Shown here piece after piece: positions 1 to 12,819 of a DNA stretch of 64,000 nt; the first letter of the stretch is position 1; each line of letters starts with the position of its first letter. This DNA is from Octopus sinensis (Eukaryota), in the NCBI RefSeq assembly GCF_006345805.1, contig NC_043007.1, positions 5,270,001-5,334,000 of the forward strand, given 5' to 3'. The position numbers and the translations under genes were made by a program. Under the pieces are notes generated by a model that ran no database searches, was not told the origin of the DNA, and saw only the letters and a list, made by a program, of their open reading frames with translations.

Positions 1-351
1 ACACACACACACACACGTGTATTTACAAAGCAAGCTTCTTTGTGTTTCTGTCTGCCAAATCTACTCACTGGGTTTTGGTGAGTCCAGGGCCCACGTCAGA
101 AGATACTTACCCAGGCTGCTGTGCAATGGGACTGAACCCAAGACCACATGGTTGAGAAAGAAGTGTGTGTGTGTGTTTTCACAATAAAGTCAGTTGTGCA
201 AAAGCAAGATTTGTTGACATCCTGCAGAAACACCAAAAGTGCTGGAGAAGATGTGGAATAAAGGAAGCCTACTGAAAAATAAGGATTGGCATCAAGATTC
301 TATGGTATTCAACTCTGAAAAAGCTATGAATATGATAATGAAGATGATTTT

Positions 352-873
352 AAGTGAAATCAAAATCAAAATCAAATTCAATGACTGGCATCCGTGCTAG
401 CAGGGTGCAAAGAGCACCATACGAGTGTGATCATTGACAGAGCGGCTAACTGTGATTGTTACCAGCATCACCTTACTGGCACTTGTGCCTGTGCTAGTAG
501 GGTGCCAAGAGTACCATCCAAGCGTGATCATTGTCAGAGCAGCTGACTGGCTCTGTGCCGGTGACACGTAAAAGGGCCCCATTCGAGCGTGATCATTACC
601 AACGTCGCCTTACTGGCACCTGTGCTGGTGGCATATGTAAAAAGATTCAAGCGAGGCCATTGCTAGTACCGCCTGACTGGCCCTGTGCTAGTGGCACATA
701 AAAAGCACCCACTACACTCTCAGAATGGTTGGTGCTAGGAAGGGCATCCAGCTGTAAAACCTCTGCCAAATCAAGATTGGAGCCAGGTGCAGCCATCTGG
801 CTTGCCAGTCCTCAGTCAAAATCGTCCAACCCATGCCAGCATGGAGGGCGGACATTAAACGATGATGATGCTT
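352..873 (+). mobile_element. 5'-truncated RTE LINE copy (3' UTR only) with 36-bp target-site duplication
   Basis: Matches the 3' UTR attached to RTE ORF2 at 29820-30872; (GAT)n tail; identical 36-mers at 316-351 and 874-909. Confidence 0.85.
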
Positions 874-1667
874 TGAAAAAGCTATGAATATGATAATGAA
901 GATGATTTTGATGATGATGATGACGATGACGACGATTGTAATGGTGATGATAATGTTGTTGTTGCTGATGATGATGTGATCATGTTTTTGAGGGTGTTGT
1001 TGTTGTTGTTGGTGGTGGTGGTCATAGTAATAATGAAAAATTTGTGTATGCATAGATGTATATATATGTATTTACACACACACACACACACACACGTACT
1101 TAGCCCATAGCAAAAAACAATTTCAACATAAAACAGCCCCCAAAAAATGATAAAATAAAAGCATAAATAATTAAATGAAGCTGCATCTTTGATTCATAGT
1201 AAAGCATTTTAGATGCCAGGCTCCATCATAGAGTTTACTTTAGGCAAGAGATGCTGACAAGTTGGAGGGAGATGGAGGTTTATAGGAGAAGTAAACCATA
1301 AGAAACATCTGGGATTTGTTACCTGAGTCCAATGAAGAGTTAAGAAACCCGTGGCTTTTGGTTGTTTTCCTTCTTGGAATCTGTTTGATATTTTGTCTGG
1401 TGATGACATGTTGGTCTGTGTTAGCGTTTAGCCCCGGGTAGGCTCCATGATCAGCCAAGCATTTAATGATCAAAACATTTCTAGCTATGACCATCCAATC
1501 CCTTCTTATCTTTCGTTTATCAGATGTAGTGTACTCAATGTGCCCCTAATTAATGAAAGGGAATAATTAGATGGGCGAATGATTTGAGGCAGATTTGTCC
1601 GCTAATTTTAGCAGATCATAGGCATACCTGGTCACTACAAAGAATAAGTTCGTTTTATATGCAGGTA

Positions 1668-1707
<40 letters not shown>

Positions 1708-1732
1708 TGTGTATGTACGTATGTATGTATAT

Positions 1733-1995
1733 GCATGGCCTAGTGGTAAGGGCGTTGCTCTCATGATCACAAGATAGCAGTTTCAATTCCTGGACCAGCT
1801 GTTGCATTGTGTTCTTGAGCAAAACACATCATCTCGCTTTGGTCTGTGATCACATTGACACCTGACATGTGGTGCACCATGGCCCCAGCTCAGGTGACAT
1901 CAGTTTGATGAAAGGAGCAAACAAAAATACCTCATTTGATTACAATAAACAAATCATTTGTGCAGGTGATTCAACAAGAAAGTGCAGGGCTGTCT
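1733..1995 (+). mobile_element. tRNA-derived SINE, family D
   Basis: TGGCCTAGTGG A-box, GTTTCAATTCC B-box, TGTGTTCTTGAGCAAAACAC. A relative lies on the minus strand at 11655-11885. Confidence 0.65.
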
Positions 1996-2049
1996 TTCTT
2001 GGACTATGAGAGACTACCATCATATATATATTTATATAAGGTATATATA

Positions 2050-2762
2050 TATAAAATCAAAATAATCCAGAGGTAATGCAGTATGATCGTTTCATGCAAC
2101 TCCATTTAATTGAACAATGCAATCATTTTTGATTTTAATTACCTTACTTTGAAACACATAATGGATAATACCATACTAAATTCTGGTGCATCAACTTAAG
2201 TACCATATTCATCTGAATCTAAATTTATATATATATATAACTCCGTGTGTGTTTGTGTGAATATATATGTATGTATAACCATCCAAACATGGCCGTTGCC
2301 AGCGCCGTCCCGACTGGCCTCCGTGCCGGTGGCACGTAAAAAGCACCATCCGATTGTGGCCGTTGCCAGCCTCATCTGGCACCTGTGCAGGTGGCACATA
2401 AAAAGCACCCACTACACTCTCTGAGTGGTTGGCGTTAGGAAGGGCATCCAGCTGTAGAAACACTGCCAGATCAGACTGGGCCTGGCGCAACCTTCTGGCT
2501 TCCCAGACCCCAGATGAACCGTCCAACCCATGCTAGCATGGAAAACGGACGTTAAACGATGATGATGATGATGATGATGATGTATATATGACTGTGTGTG
2601 TGTTTGAGTGAATATATATATATATAATCAAAATAAGCAACAAGGATATCCAGAGGATATCCTTGTTACTTATTTTGATTATAATCACCTTATTTTAAAT
2701 TGTGTGGATAATACCATACTAAATTCTGGTGCATCAACTTAAGTACCATATTCATCTGAATC

Positions 2763-2764
<2 letters not shown>
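2050..2764. mobile_element. Two tandem fragments of the 49922-50381 family with an RTE tail between them
   Basis: Identical 60-mers at 2162-2221 and 2705-2764; decayed hammerhead half at 2078-2093 (minus strand). Confidence 0.6.
2278..2582 (+). mobile_element. RTE LINE 3' tail copy
   Basis: Minisatellite units, then ACCCACTACACTC...GGAAGGGCATCCAGCTGTAGAAAC...GGACGTTAAAC(GAT)n. Confidence 0.85.
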
Positions 2765-2793
<29 letters not shown>

Positions 2794-3044
2794 AATGAAC
2801 TGATTTCATTACACAATATTTTAATAAGGAAAGGCAGTAAAAAACTCCAGCTGAGTCACAAGTATTTACTCACAATCAACTTTTATTTCCTGTCTTACAA
2901 GTGTTCAATGTGGCCACCACCTGCAGAACAGGCAACATCAATGCGATAAGAGAATTCCTCTCAGACGTGTATCAGCATGTCACAATCCATGGATAAATAA
3001 AAGATCTCATTTATGTTCCACCATTACCCACTAACTTCAATTTT

Positions 3045-3243
3045 GGTTTTACTTGACTCAACAGGTCATCTCAAGCACATCATATTGCCCGACAGATCAA
3101 GGGTAGTCTTAAATGGCCCGGACATGCAACACTAGCATCGGCCATGGCTGCGATCTCACTTTAGTTGCCGGGTCTTCTCAATCCCAGCATATCTCCAAAG
3201 GTCTCAGTCCCCTGCCATTGCCTCTGTGAGGCCCAATGTCTGA
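3045..3243 (-). mobile_element. RTE LINE fragment (ORF2 end / start of 3' UTR)
   Basis: Reverse complement resembles 30190-30390 (GGCCTCACAGAGGCAATG..GAGACCTTTGGAGATATGCTG). Confidence 0.7.
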
Positions 3244-3460
3244 ATATATATATATATATATATATATACATACATATATATGTATGTACATATATAGACA
3301 GATCTGTGTATATATATATGTATGTATATATCTGACAGCTGTCTTAGTTGCCATCTACCAAATCCTCTCATAAGGTTTTGGTTGGCTTAAGACTATAGCA
3401 GACAACACTTAAACAAAGTGTCACGCAGTCGAAAATTTCTTACCACACAGACACACCTGC

Positions 3461-3491
<31 letters not shown>

Positions 3492-3519
3492 CATGCATAG
3501 ATATATATATGTGTGTATG

Positions 3520-3529
<10 letters not shown>

Positions 3530-3614
<85 letters not shown>
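3530..3614. repeat. (TG)n microsatellite
   Basis: About 42 uninterrupted units. Confidence 0.98.
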
Positions 3615-3618
<4 letters not shown>

Positions 3619-3697
3619 ACCGATTAAGTAAATCGTGCTGGTGCTTTACACAACACATCAGCACACTAATTGATATATACTCATTAGTCTGATGTCC

Positions 3698-3731
<34 letters not shown>

Positions 3732-4022
3732 GATTTTTAATGTATTTTTGTATTTATATTCGTGTAACATCGTCTGTTTTTCTGTCCTTGTTTCCCGAGG
3801 AATCTAATGCTCTTAGCTTAGTTTTTCCTTGGGGCTGGCCAGATTGGAGCAATCTCAAGATTAATCAGCCGAAGTGCAAGGTTCTTGACTGAAGATAAAA
3901 AGCTTCAAATGATCCATCCTTGCTTTTTTTGTATTGTCTATCTGGATGTTTTGTTGTCCCCTTTTGTGTCACCTAGTTGTCTGGATGCTTTGTGTTCTTG
4001 TCTCATTTTGTATTTTATTTTA

Positions 4023-4067
<45 letters not shown>

Positions 4068-4071
4068 TTGT

Positions 4072-4378
4072 GTGGAAGCGCAATGGCCCAGTGGTTAGGG
4101 CAGCGGCCTCGCGGTCGTAGGATCGCGCTTTTGATTCCCAGACCGGGCGTTGTGTGTGTTTATTGAGCAAAAACACCTAAAAGCTCCACGATGCTCCGGC
4201 AGGGGGTGGTGATCCCTGCTGTACTCTTTCACCACTCTTTCTCTCACTCTTTCTTCTGTTGGCCTGCTCGCTTAGCCAGCGGGGTGGCGTCATTCGAAGG
4301 CTAAAACAATGCGACGCATTGTGACCAGCGATGTGTAGCAACATCTGATGGTCTGGTCGGTCACGTGATCACGTGATA
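4072..4378 (+). mobile_element. tRNA-derived SINE, family C
   Basis: A-box TGGCCCAGTGG, degenerate B-box TTTTGATTCCC, tail ending in (CACGTGAT)2. Confidence 0.75.
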
Positions 4379-5527
4379 TATATATATTTGTATGTGTGTG
4401 TGTATACATATATATGTATGTATGTATGTAAGTATGTGTGAGTGTCATTGTTATTGGTGTTTAGTTCAAGATTACACTTTGATAAAACCACTCCATCTAT
4501 GACCATCTCATCTTCATTTTCAAGCATAATGGGTCCAACACTATATATTATCCGGGGGTCTTCATGATAAGTTGGATGGCTGCAATGTTGGTCTGGATGA
4601 GTGAGTGGTATCTTGGTGGCTTTGTATGTGTGTATGTGTGTATGTGTGTATGTGTGTGTGTTTGCATGTCTTTATGTGTATATGTGTGTGTTTGTGTTTA
4701 TTCTTGTGTATGTATATGTATGCCTTTGTGTGTACATGCGCATATATATATGCATACGTGTGTGCATAGGTGAATGTATGCCTCTACATGTATGTGTTTC
4801 AATGTGTAATTGTGTGTGATGCATTTGCGTGTGTATATATGTGCTTCCATGCGTGTACCTGTATGCAGATGTGTGTGTATGTGTGTGTATGTGTGTGCAT
4901 TTGTGTGCATGTGTGTGTATGTGTGTGCATGTGTGTGCAAATGTGTGTGTTTGTGTACATGTGAATGGGTGTGTATCCTGATTAACCTTGAGCCATAAAA
5001 GTGGATTAACTGACAGAGATCTTTCATTATTTCCAGATTAACAACATCAATTGGCCTGTATACGTTGTTGACAAAAAACCAGAGCAAGTCTGGCCATTGC
5101 TCCATTCCACCAATTCTAATTTTCATGTGAACCCGTAACACACCTTATTTATTCCATATCCAGGACCTTTCTTTTCCAGATGTCTTCTTCTTCTTCTTCT
5201 TGAAGTATTTCCATGACAGACCTTACCAATTTCTCACAAGCATGTTTGTTCTGGCATCAACCGTTTTCCTTTTATTCCCTCACTTCTCTCAGACACTGAG
5301 CTGTGGCATGCTGGGGCCCCATATCGAAGGGGTTAAATGAACCAAGCCCCGTACTTATCTTCTAAACCTGGTATTTATGCTGTTGGTGTGGCATGCTGAG
5401 TTGCTAAGCTATAGGGATGTAAACAAACTAACACAGGCTGTTACATGGTGGTGGAGTACAAGCTCAAATACAAAGATACACACACATACATATATTCATA
5501 TATGTGTGTATATAAGAATGTATGTTG

Positions 5528-6045
5528 CACTGGTATGGTCATGTGTTATGTATGGCTGAAGACAGCTGTGTGAGGAAGTGCCACTCCCTAACTGTAGAAG
5601 GAACCTGTGGAAGAGGTAGACCCAGGAAGACATGGGAAGAGGTGGTGACCTCTCAGAGGCAATGAGAGGAGACCTGGACCTTTTGAGATATGTTGTGATT
5701 GAGAAAACCTGGCTACTAAAGTGAGATCTCAGCCACGCATGTCCAGCCCTGTTAAGAATACCCCTGGTGCATCATGCGATATGATATGCTTGAGAAGACC
5801 TGTTGCGTCAAGTAAAGTCAATATCGTAGCTGGGGCCTGTTCCCCCTGACAGGCTCCTGTGCCAGTGGCATGTAGCTATCCAAACTATCCAAACGTGATA
5901 GATGCCAGGCCTGCCTGACTGGCTCCTGTGCCAGTGGCACATAAAAAGCACCCACTACACTCATGGAGTGATTGGCATTAGGAAGAGCATCCAGCTGTAG
6001 AAACATTGCCAGATCAGACTGGAGCCTGGTGCAGCCACTGGCTTT
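5528..6045 (+). mobile_element. RTE LINE 3' fragment (ORF2 C-terminus plus UTR)
   Basis: Encodes WYGHVL..EDSCVRKCHSL.VEGTCGRGRPRKTWEEVV, followed by the family 3' UTR. Confidence 0.85.
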
Positions 6046-6117
6046 CTATTATTATTATTAATTATTATCATTAATTATTATTATCAATTATTATTATTAT
6101 AATTATTATTATTATTA

Positions 6118-6184
<67 letters not shown>
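6046..6184. repeat. (ATT)n microsatellite
   Basis: Direct reading; degenerate 5' half. Confidence 0.97.
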
Positions 6185-6579
6185 GGGTGATAAACTGGCA
6201 GAACTTCTTAATACATTGGACAAAATACTTGATGGCATTTCTTTTAGTTCTCTAATTTCTGTGTTCAATTTCTGCCAAAGTCAACTCGACCTGTTGTCTT
6301 TTCAGAACCAATAAAATCTTGCACTAATCAAACGGTCAGGTCAATGGCATCAACTAATTCCCTCTTCCAAATTCCTCTCTTCTCACTTACATTGGAGACG
6401 ATTATCATTGTCTGTGAATACTCAGATGGTGAGTTGACAAAACTGTTAGAACATTGGAAAATGTGCCTTGCAAGTATTTGTTTTCTGGTTCCTTAATGTT
6501 GTGGGTTCAAGTCCTGCTAAGGTCAATTTGTGTCTTTCATCCTTCCAGATTTGCTGAAATACAGTTCTGATTTAATACT

Positions 6580-6805
6580 AAGGCTGCAAGCTGGCAGACA
6601 CGTTAGCACGCTGGGCGAAATGTGTAGCTGTATTTCATCTGCCGTTATGTTCTGAGTTCAAATTCTGCCGAGGTCTACTTTGCCTTTCATCCTTTCGGGG
6701 TCGATAAATTAAGTACCAGTTACGCACTGGGGTTGATGTAATCTGTTTGTCTGTCCTTGTTTGTCTTCTCTGTGTTTAGCCCCTTGTGGGTAGTAAAGAA
6801 ATAGG
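6580..6805 (+). mobile_element. tRNA-derived SINE, family B
   Basis: GCTGGCAGA..GTTAGCACG...GAGTTCAAATTC B-box...GCCTTTCATCCTTTCGGGGTCGATAAATTAAGTACC core. Older degenerate relatives at 6190-6580. Confidence 0.85.
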
Positions 6806-7106
6806 TATTAACTAATCCCCTCCCCTCAAACATTTCTGGCCTTGTGCTTATATTAGAAACAGTTGTTATCTATGCTTTCGTTATCTCACCTGCTAATTCT
6901 ACATTTGATTACAGTAATTACTGCTCAGTGGTGGCTTTGTCTCTTCTTCCCCTCTCTCCTTTTGTTAACAAAGAAAGTCTGCATTTCTTTTGTTCACTGC
7001 AAACATTCTCCGTCTTCCTTGTTCTTAGACTTTATTTTCTTCATTCTAATCTGCATTGTCCTTTATTTTTGTTTTTATTTCACTTTGATGTATTAACAAA
7101 AAGATT

Positions 7107-7326
7107 CGAGCGAGGTCATTGCCAGTACCGCCTGACTGGCCCCTGTGCCGGTGGCATGTAAAAAGCACCCACTACACTCTCGGAGTGGTTGGCATTAGGA
7201 AGGGCATCCAGCTGTAGAAACTTTGCCAGATCAAGATTGAAACCTGGTGCAGCCGTCTGGTTCACCAGTCCTCAGTCAAAATTGTCCAACCCATGCCAGC
7301 ATGGAAAGCGGACGTTAAACGATGAT
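7107..7326 (+). mobile_element. RTE LINE 3' tail copy
   Basis: Same terminal ~200 bp as the other copies. Confidence 0.85.
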
Positions 7327-7761
7327 TTAAGATGGGGAACTGAATGTTTGCTTGTATCCTTTTTTATTCAGGCAAGGCTTGATTTGAGAGGCTAAAAATC
7401 CAGGTGGAAAAACCTTAGTCAAAGAATGTTTGGGCAATTGTTGGGGGTTGACTTTTCAAGCAGGGTCACTAGTTTTCTGAGGTTCAAAACTTTGTTAGAA
7501 TTTCAGTGGAAATTTTACCCATTATTTCTGCCATGTCTTGTACTTCTGAGGTTTTTTTTTTCTTATTTCACATCTTGAGAAGATTGAAGTTTTATCTTTG
7601 CACCGTATGGGATAAAATCATATGAATAATTGTTTTGTATTAAACAGGAGTACAAAAATGCAATTTACATGATGAAGCCAAGATTATCATCATACACATT
7701 TTTAGGTAGAACAGGATATTTCTTCAGTTCTAAGTTCCTGTTTGAATTTCTTCCTTGATAT

Positions 7762-8113
7762 TGAAATCAAAATTAATCAAAAATCAATGGAAATTGTAGT
7801 TGTGATACCAGTGCCAGTGGCACGTAAAAGAACCATCCGAACGAGGCCGTTGCCAGCACCGCCATGACTGACCTCCATGCCGGTGGCACGTAAAAGGCAC
7901 CAACCAATCGTGGCCGTTGCCAACCTCGCCTGGCACCTGTGCTGGTGGCACGTAAAAAGCACCCACTACACTCACGGAGTGGTTGGCGTTAGGAAGGGCA
8001 TCCAGCTGTAGAAACACTGTCAAATTTAGACTGGAGCCTGGTGCAGCCTCCTGGCCTCCCAGACCCCAGTCGAACCGTCCAACCCATGCTAGCATGGAAA
8101 CCAAACATTAAAC

Positions 8114-8143
<30 letters not shown>
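7762..8143 (+). mobile_element. RTE LINE 3' tail copy
   Basis: Three minisatellite units, terminal segment, long (GAT)n. Confidence 0.85.
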
Positions 8144-8146
<3 letters not shown>

Positions 8147-8214
8147 ATGGCAATGATATGCAAGTATCACCAGTGTCATAAAATATTATCATTTCCATCC
8201 ATCAACCAGCCATC

Positions 8215-8420
8215 TTTACTGTCCGTTATTCATGGGAAGATCCAGGGTAGGTAGAATCCTCAGAAACATCCTTCATGGGATCCTATCAGAAGCAATCCTC
8301 ATTATGCTTTCCTGCTGGATTCCAAAATGTAACCAATTGAAGACTATGGATGGAATCCAATTATCTGATTCTTGGTTTACTGCTAGGTCTCTTGGCTTGA
8401 AGAATCCATCTTACAATTCT
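8215..8420 (-). mobile_element. Old RTE-like LINE remnant
   Basis: Minus frame gives RWILQAKRPSSKPRIR*LDSI, resembling the RTE C-terminal KRPRGRPRxRWLD motif; heavily degraded. Confidence 0.4.
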
Positions 8421-10423
8421 TTTCCTATGACATTCTAATGACATCCATTACCAGAGCTGTAATCAAAAATTTTACCAAAATCATTTTTATTTTGTAGGCA
8501 ATACAATTTTAGCATGGCCCCATCATTAATTAGTGTAATCAACTTGTTCTATAATCTCCTGGTTTTCCAGGTAATTTGAAAGTTTTTCAAATAAAATACC
8601 TTAAGTTCTGCTCCAACGATTCCACTCCATACATCTATTTGTCCTACATTTACTTGATGTTCTTGTGTATTCCATTCCTTTGTATGCAGACTTCATGGTT
8701 TGGACAATATGTCGGATAAGCAGAGATCATAAATAGTCCAACTTTTTGCTTTTTGATATTCACCTGTCTCCCAGCCAATCTCAATATAAACAATATATAG
8801 CTGTTGAGATGGAGAAATGATATTATCTCTTTGTGAAAATAATATTTGTTTATGGAATAAAGTAACGTGATTATTTTTAGACATGATAAAGCACTGTTAG
8901 GTTTCTTCATGTCAAGTTGCTGTGTTAGCAGAATTCATAAGATATTTCCAATCTTTTCATTACCATGTTTCCATTGAAATACACTGCCTTTGCTTTAATT
9001 AGTTTTAAAAATAACGAAGAATCTAGTAAAACAATTTTACTATTATTAAGCTGGTGTTTTCTAGCTCCGAGCTGCGAAAACTAATAAGGAGAGTACGGGA
9101 GGCGGTCGGAAAAGCCAGCTTCTATTTATGGCTGAAGTGAGAAGACCAAAAATGGCTTGAAAGTCATAACATGCCGGCAGGAAATAACATCATTAGGTGA
9201 GACAAGCTGACACTGAATCAGCTTCGCTGACTGACAGGTGACGGTCGTTTAGAGAATGCGCGGACTAAAACTAAGCGCCCTCACTAGTCAGTTAAGGTGA
9301 GACAGTGTCACATGACAACTTGCTAGGGCTGCCTGCTGGAGCCTAGTGGCAGGTATCTAAAGGGAAAAATTTGACAAGTCAATCAGTCACCGGCTGACAC
9401 TCGCTGACGATACATCAAAGAGGCCATGGAACAGAAGAAAGAAGACATGCACCCAACACCAGAGCTGAAGACACCTCCGAAAGGGGGGGCCCCACCATGT
9501 CAAAATGGTAGAGGAGTAGGTGCTGAAACCGGAAGTGGTTCCTCCTGATGATGTCTTGAGCAGACATCGAAACATGGTTGTAATTCCTGATTTGAAACTA
9601 AAACCTTTCATCAAAATTTCTGTTGAAAAATCCTGGCTTTGTTTCAATTCATTTTGTAAATAAGGAAGAATTTAGTAAAATTACTTTACCATTTTTAAGC
9701 TGGTGTTTGGAACATAAATGAGCATAAAATTTAGGAGGAAGGTTTTAATTTAGATCGATTTAATACAAGAAGTTTTTAGACCAAAAGATTGTTTCAGGCC
9801 TGTTAGTATCAAAGGGGTTTAAACATTTATAAATCACCTGTTAATTCTTTGTGCAGATCCAATATAAAATGGATGCACAGCAATGTTTAGTGTGGTTGCT
9901 AGTCACAAATTTTTAGTTGTTCCCAATATTAAGTTGGTTGCATTCGAGGACAATGATTACAATAAGATTTCATTGAGTTTTCAAGTATTTTATTCATCTA
10001 TATTTACAAGTGTACATCCAATAATATAATGAAACAACATTCAGGGACCATAAGAGTTAGGAAAGTCGTGCAAGGAATTTCAATCTCTGCATATAATTAA
10101 TGTGCATTACACAGCACTACAAGTTAAGGTCAGTGCTTTTTGCCAAGTGTGCCATAAACATGTAATAAAAGAAAAGCGAAAGAAGAGGAGAGAGAGAGCA
10201 ACTCACTAAGACAAGTGACATAGATTCGACTCAGTGACGACTTAGTGGCTTTCAGACTTGAGGTTGAATTTACCAGCTTTTATAACTATAAGCAACAATT
10301 CTAGAACCTTCATTAAAATTATTTGGCAAAAACATACATGCACTTCCATCAAAGTTTGGCATATGCATCATAATAAGATAACCAGTGCTGACTTGTTGAG
10401 CTACGATCATTAAAAACATTTAT

Positions 10424-10634
10424 CCCTTTAGCATTTAAACTGGCCAAAGTATTCTGCCTTCTTTTATGTTCAAAATGGCCAGATCTGGTCTCTCACACCA
10501 ATCCTACAATATCGTTTGAAAAATGAACAGCTACCTCATCAAAATCTCATCGCTACAAGATAATGCATGATTAGTTCAAATCAATGTGGATAAAAAAGGA
10601 TTAATTTTGGCAGAATAATGTGAACACTAAAGGG
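10424..10634. mobile_element. piggyBac-type MITE
   Basis: Ends CCCTTTAG / CTAAAGGG flanked by TTAT and TTAA. Degenerate relative at 31757-31978. Confidence 0.7.
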
Positions 10635-10649
10635 TTAAAGTGAGGGATC

Positions 10650-11005
10650 CTCACAACAATGGGCAAAAACGACAAGGGATAGAGTGTGTCCAGCTGAGGC
10701 CATTCAGACCGATGTGTGCTCAGAAGGTTCTACTGAAGATCAGGCAGTGGTGGCCTGCCAGGACTGAAAATAAGGAGTTGACTCTGGAATTATGCAGTTC
10801 ACATTTTCTCTTGTGTTCCTGCAAGTCCTGCAGTTCTCTTCATAAGAAGTGGTTTCTCTGTTGGTCTAGCTTCACCAGGTAGGAAGGTTTTACGCTTGCA
10901 TTTGCCAGGTTTCAGGGTTACTCTTAAATCTCTTCAGTAAAGCTTTGGGTGAACCCTTGAAGTGCATTTTCTGTTCTTGCCTTCTGCTTGTTCGTTGTCT
11001 CTTGG
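10650..11005 (-). mobile_element. Second RTE lineage (BovB-like) ORF2 C-terminal remnant
   Basis: Minus strand with frameshifts: QKMHFK...NPETW...TSYEE...HCLIFSRTF*AHIGLNGLSWTH, matching the GQKKRFK...C..C.RTFRARIGL.SH.RTH C-terminus. Confidence 0.65.
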
Positions 11006-11879
11006 GGTGGGGGGTGCCAGGAACACTAATTACATGCTAATAATTTATGCATTTTCATAATGTCACTTAATGGTTTGTAGCTGCAATTTCCTAATTATCT
11101 GTTTTCTTTCTGGTCTTCTGAAGCCGAGCTTCTCAAAATTGCTGCTGAAGCAGATCGTTAAGAAACCGAGTACTCCAATGATTATAATTATAAATCTAAA
11201 GTTATAGTTTGTATCGAGTAATTAGAGATTTCTCGTTAGTTCAGCTAAGATGTTTGCATTTTGACTAATTTTAAATATGTTGGAAAGTTAAAATATTTTA
11301 TTGACACAGTAAATAGTTAAGAGTAGCTTCTTATGCACACATAGATGCACACAGCATATATATGTGTGCGTGTGCGTATGTGCATGTGTCTGTGTGTCCA
11401 TGCACACGTGTACAAGTACATCCATGGCTCTTTGGTAAGAAGTTTGTTTCCCGACCGCATGGTTCTGGGTTCAGTCCCACTGCATTGCATCCTTAGCAAA
11501 TGCATTCTATTATAGCCCCAGGGTGAGCAAAGCTTTGTGAGTGGATTTGGTATATGGAAACTGAAAGAAGCCTGTTGTAAATATATAAAGATATGATGGA
11601 CTTTCCCATCAAAGATGATGTATGAGCTTTCAGCTTTTGCTGAACAACAAATCATTCGCTTATTGTGATCAAATGCTCATGCCACACATTGCTCACTCTC
11701 ACCATCAAATTGACATTGTCTGAACAGGTGCACTGTGTGCCACGTGTCAGGTGTCAAAGTGATTGCAGGACAATGTGAGGTGAAGTGTTTTGCTCAAGGA
11801 GACAGGGCACCACCCGGTCTAGGAATTGAAACCCTGATCTCACAATCATAAGTGCAACTCCCTAATCACTAAGCCATGT

Positions 11880-12013
11880 GCCCTCACAAATACACACACA
11901 CACAGATACATGCATACATACACATATATACATATACATACGTATGTATATATGCTGTATATATTTATGTGTGCATAAATATATACTGTCATATATATAT
12001 GTATATGTATATG

Positions 12014-12060
<47 letters not shown>

Positions 12061-12135
12061 GTGTGTATGTATGTATATGCATATATATGTATATATATAT
12101 ATATACATATATGTGTGTGTGTGTGTGTGTGTGAA
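11880..12135. repeat. Compound (CA)/(TA)/(TG) microsatellite
   Basis: Direct reading. Confidence 0.95.
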
Positions 12136-12378
12136 TGTTAGTGTCTCAATGTCTTGACATTGTACAATAGTTTCAAATGATTGTCATTGTCACAATTATA
12201 GAACCAGTGTCATTCATTTCCAGTATTTTGTGTGAACACGTCTGCCCATGTAAAATATCACGTTGCTAGGAAACAAGTGTGGCTTGGTGACAGGTAGGGC
12301 ATCCACCTGTAAGAAAATCTGCCAGAATAAGATCTATCCAGTGAACTTGGAAAAATGGACCTTAAACTCATGATGATC

Positions 12379-12413
<35 letters not shown>

Positions 12414-12819
12414 ACCCTCCATGCTGCCATGGGTGGGGTGGTTTGTCAAGAGCCAGCCAGGCAGAAGCCTGCACCAGACTTTTGTAACTGTTTTGGCAGG
12501 ATTTTTACAGTTGGATGCCCTTCCAAAAGAATTCTGTCAATGGAAGTTCAAGTAGCCATGATTCAAAAATACCTCAAAAAATCAGTGGGAGAATTTCTGT
12601 CTTTCAAGTCCACAACACTCCAAAAGTTCTATTAAGGGAAGAAGAAAGAATGGAAGAAAAATGGTCGGATAGCAGGAGCTGACACGAATCTTTCAGGGGT
12701 CAACATTTTCAACTTGATTTTTTTTGTTTTAAAGGATCTTTATCACCTTTATCAAATAGCAGGAAAACAGACAAACTAACTTTGAGCTTTAGTATACATA
12801 TATATATATACACACATAT

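Noticed and set aside
4072-4145. tRNA genes at SINE heads (also 23020-23094, 42721-42800, 58173-58245)
   Set aside because: A/B boxes are present, but there is no complete cloverleaf and each continues into a SINE body.
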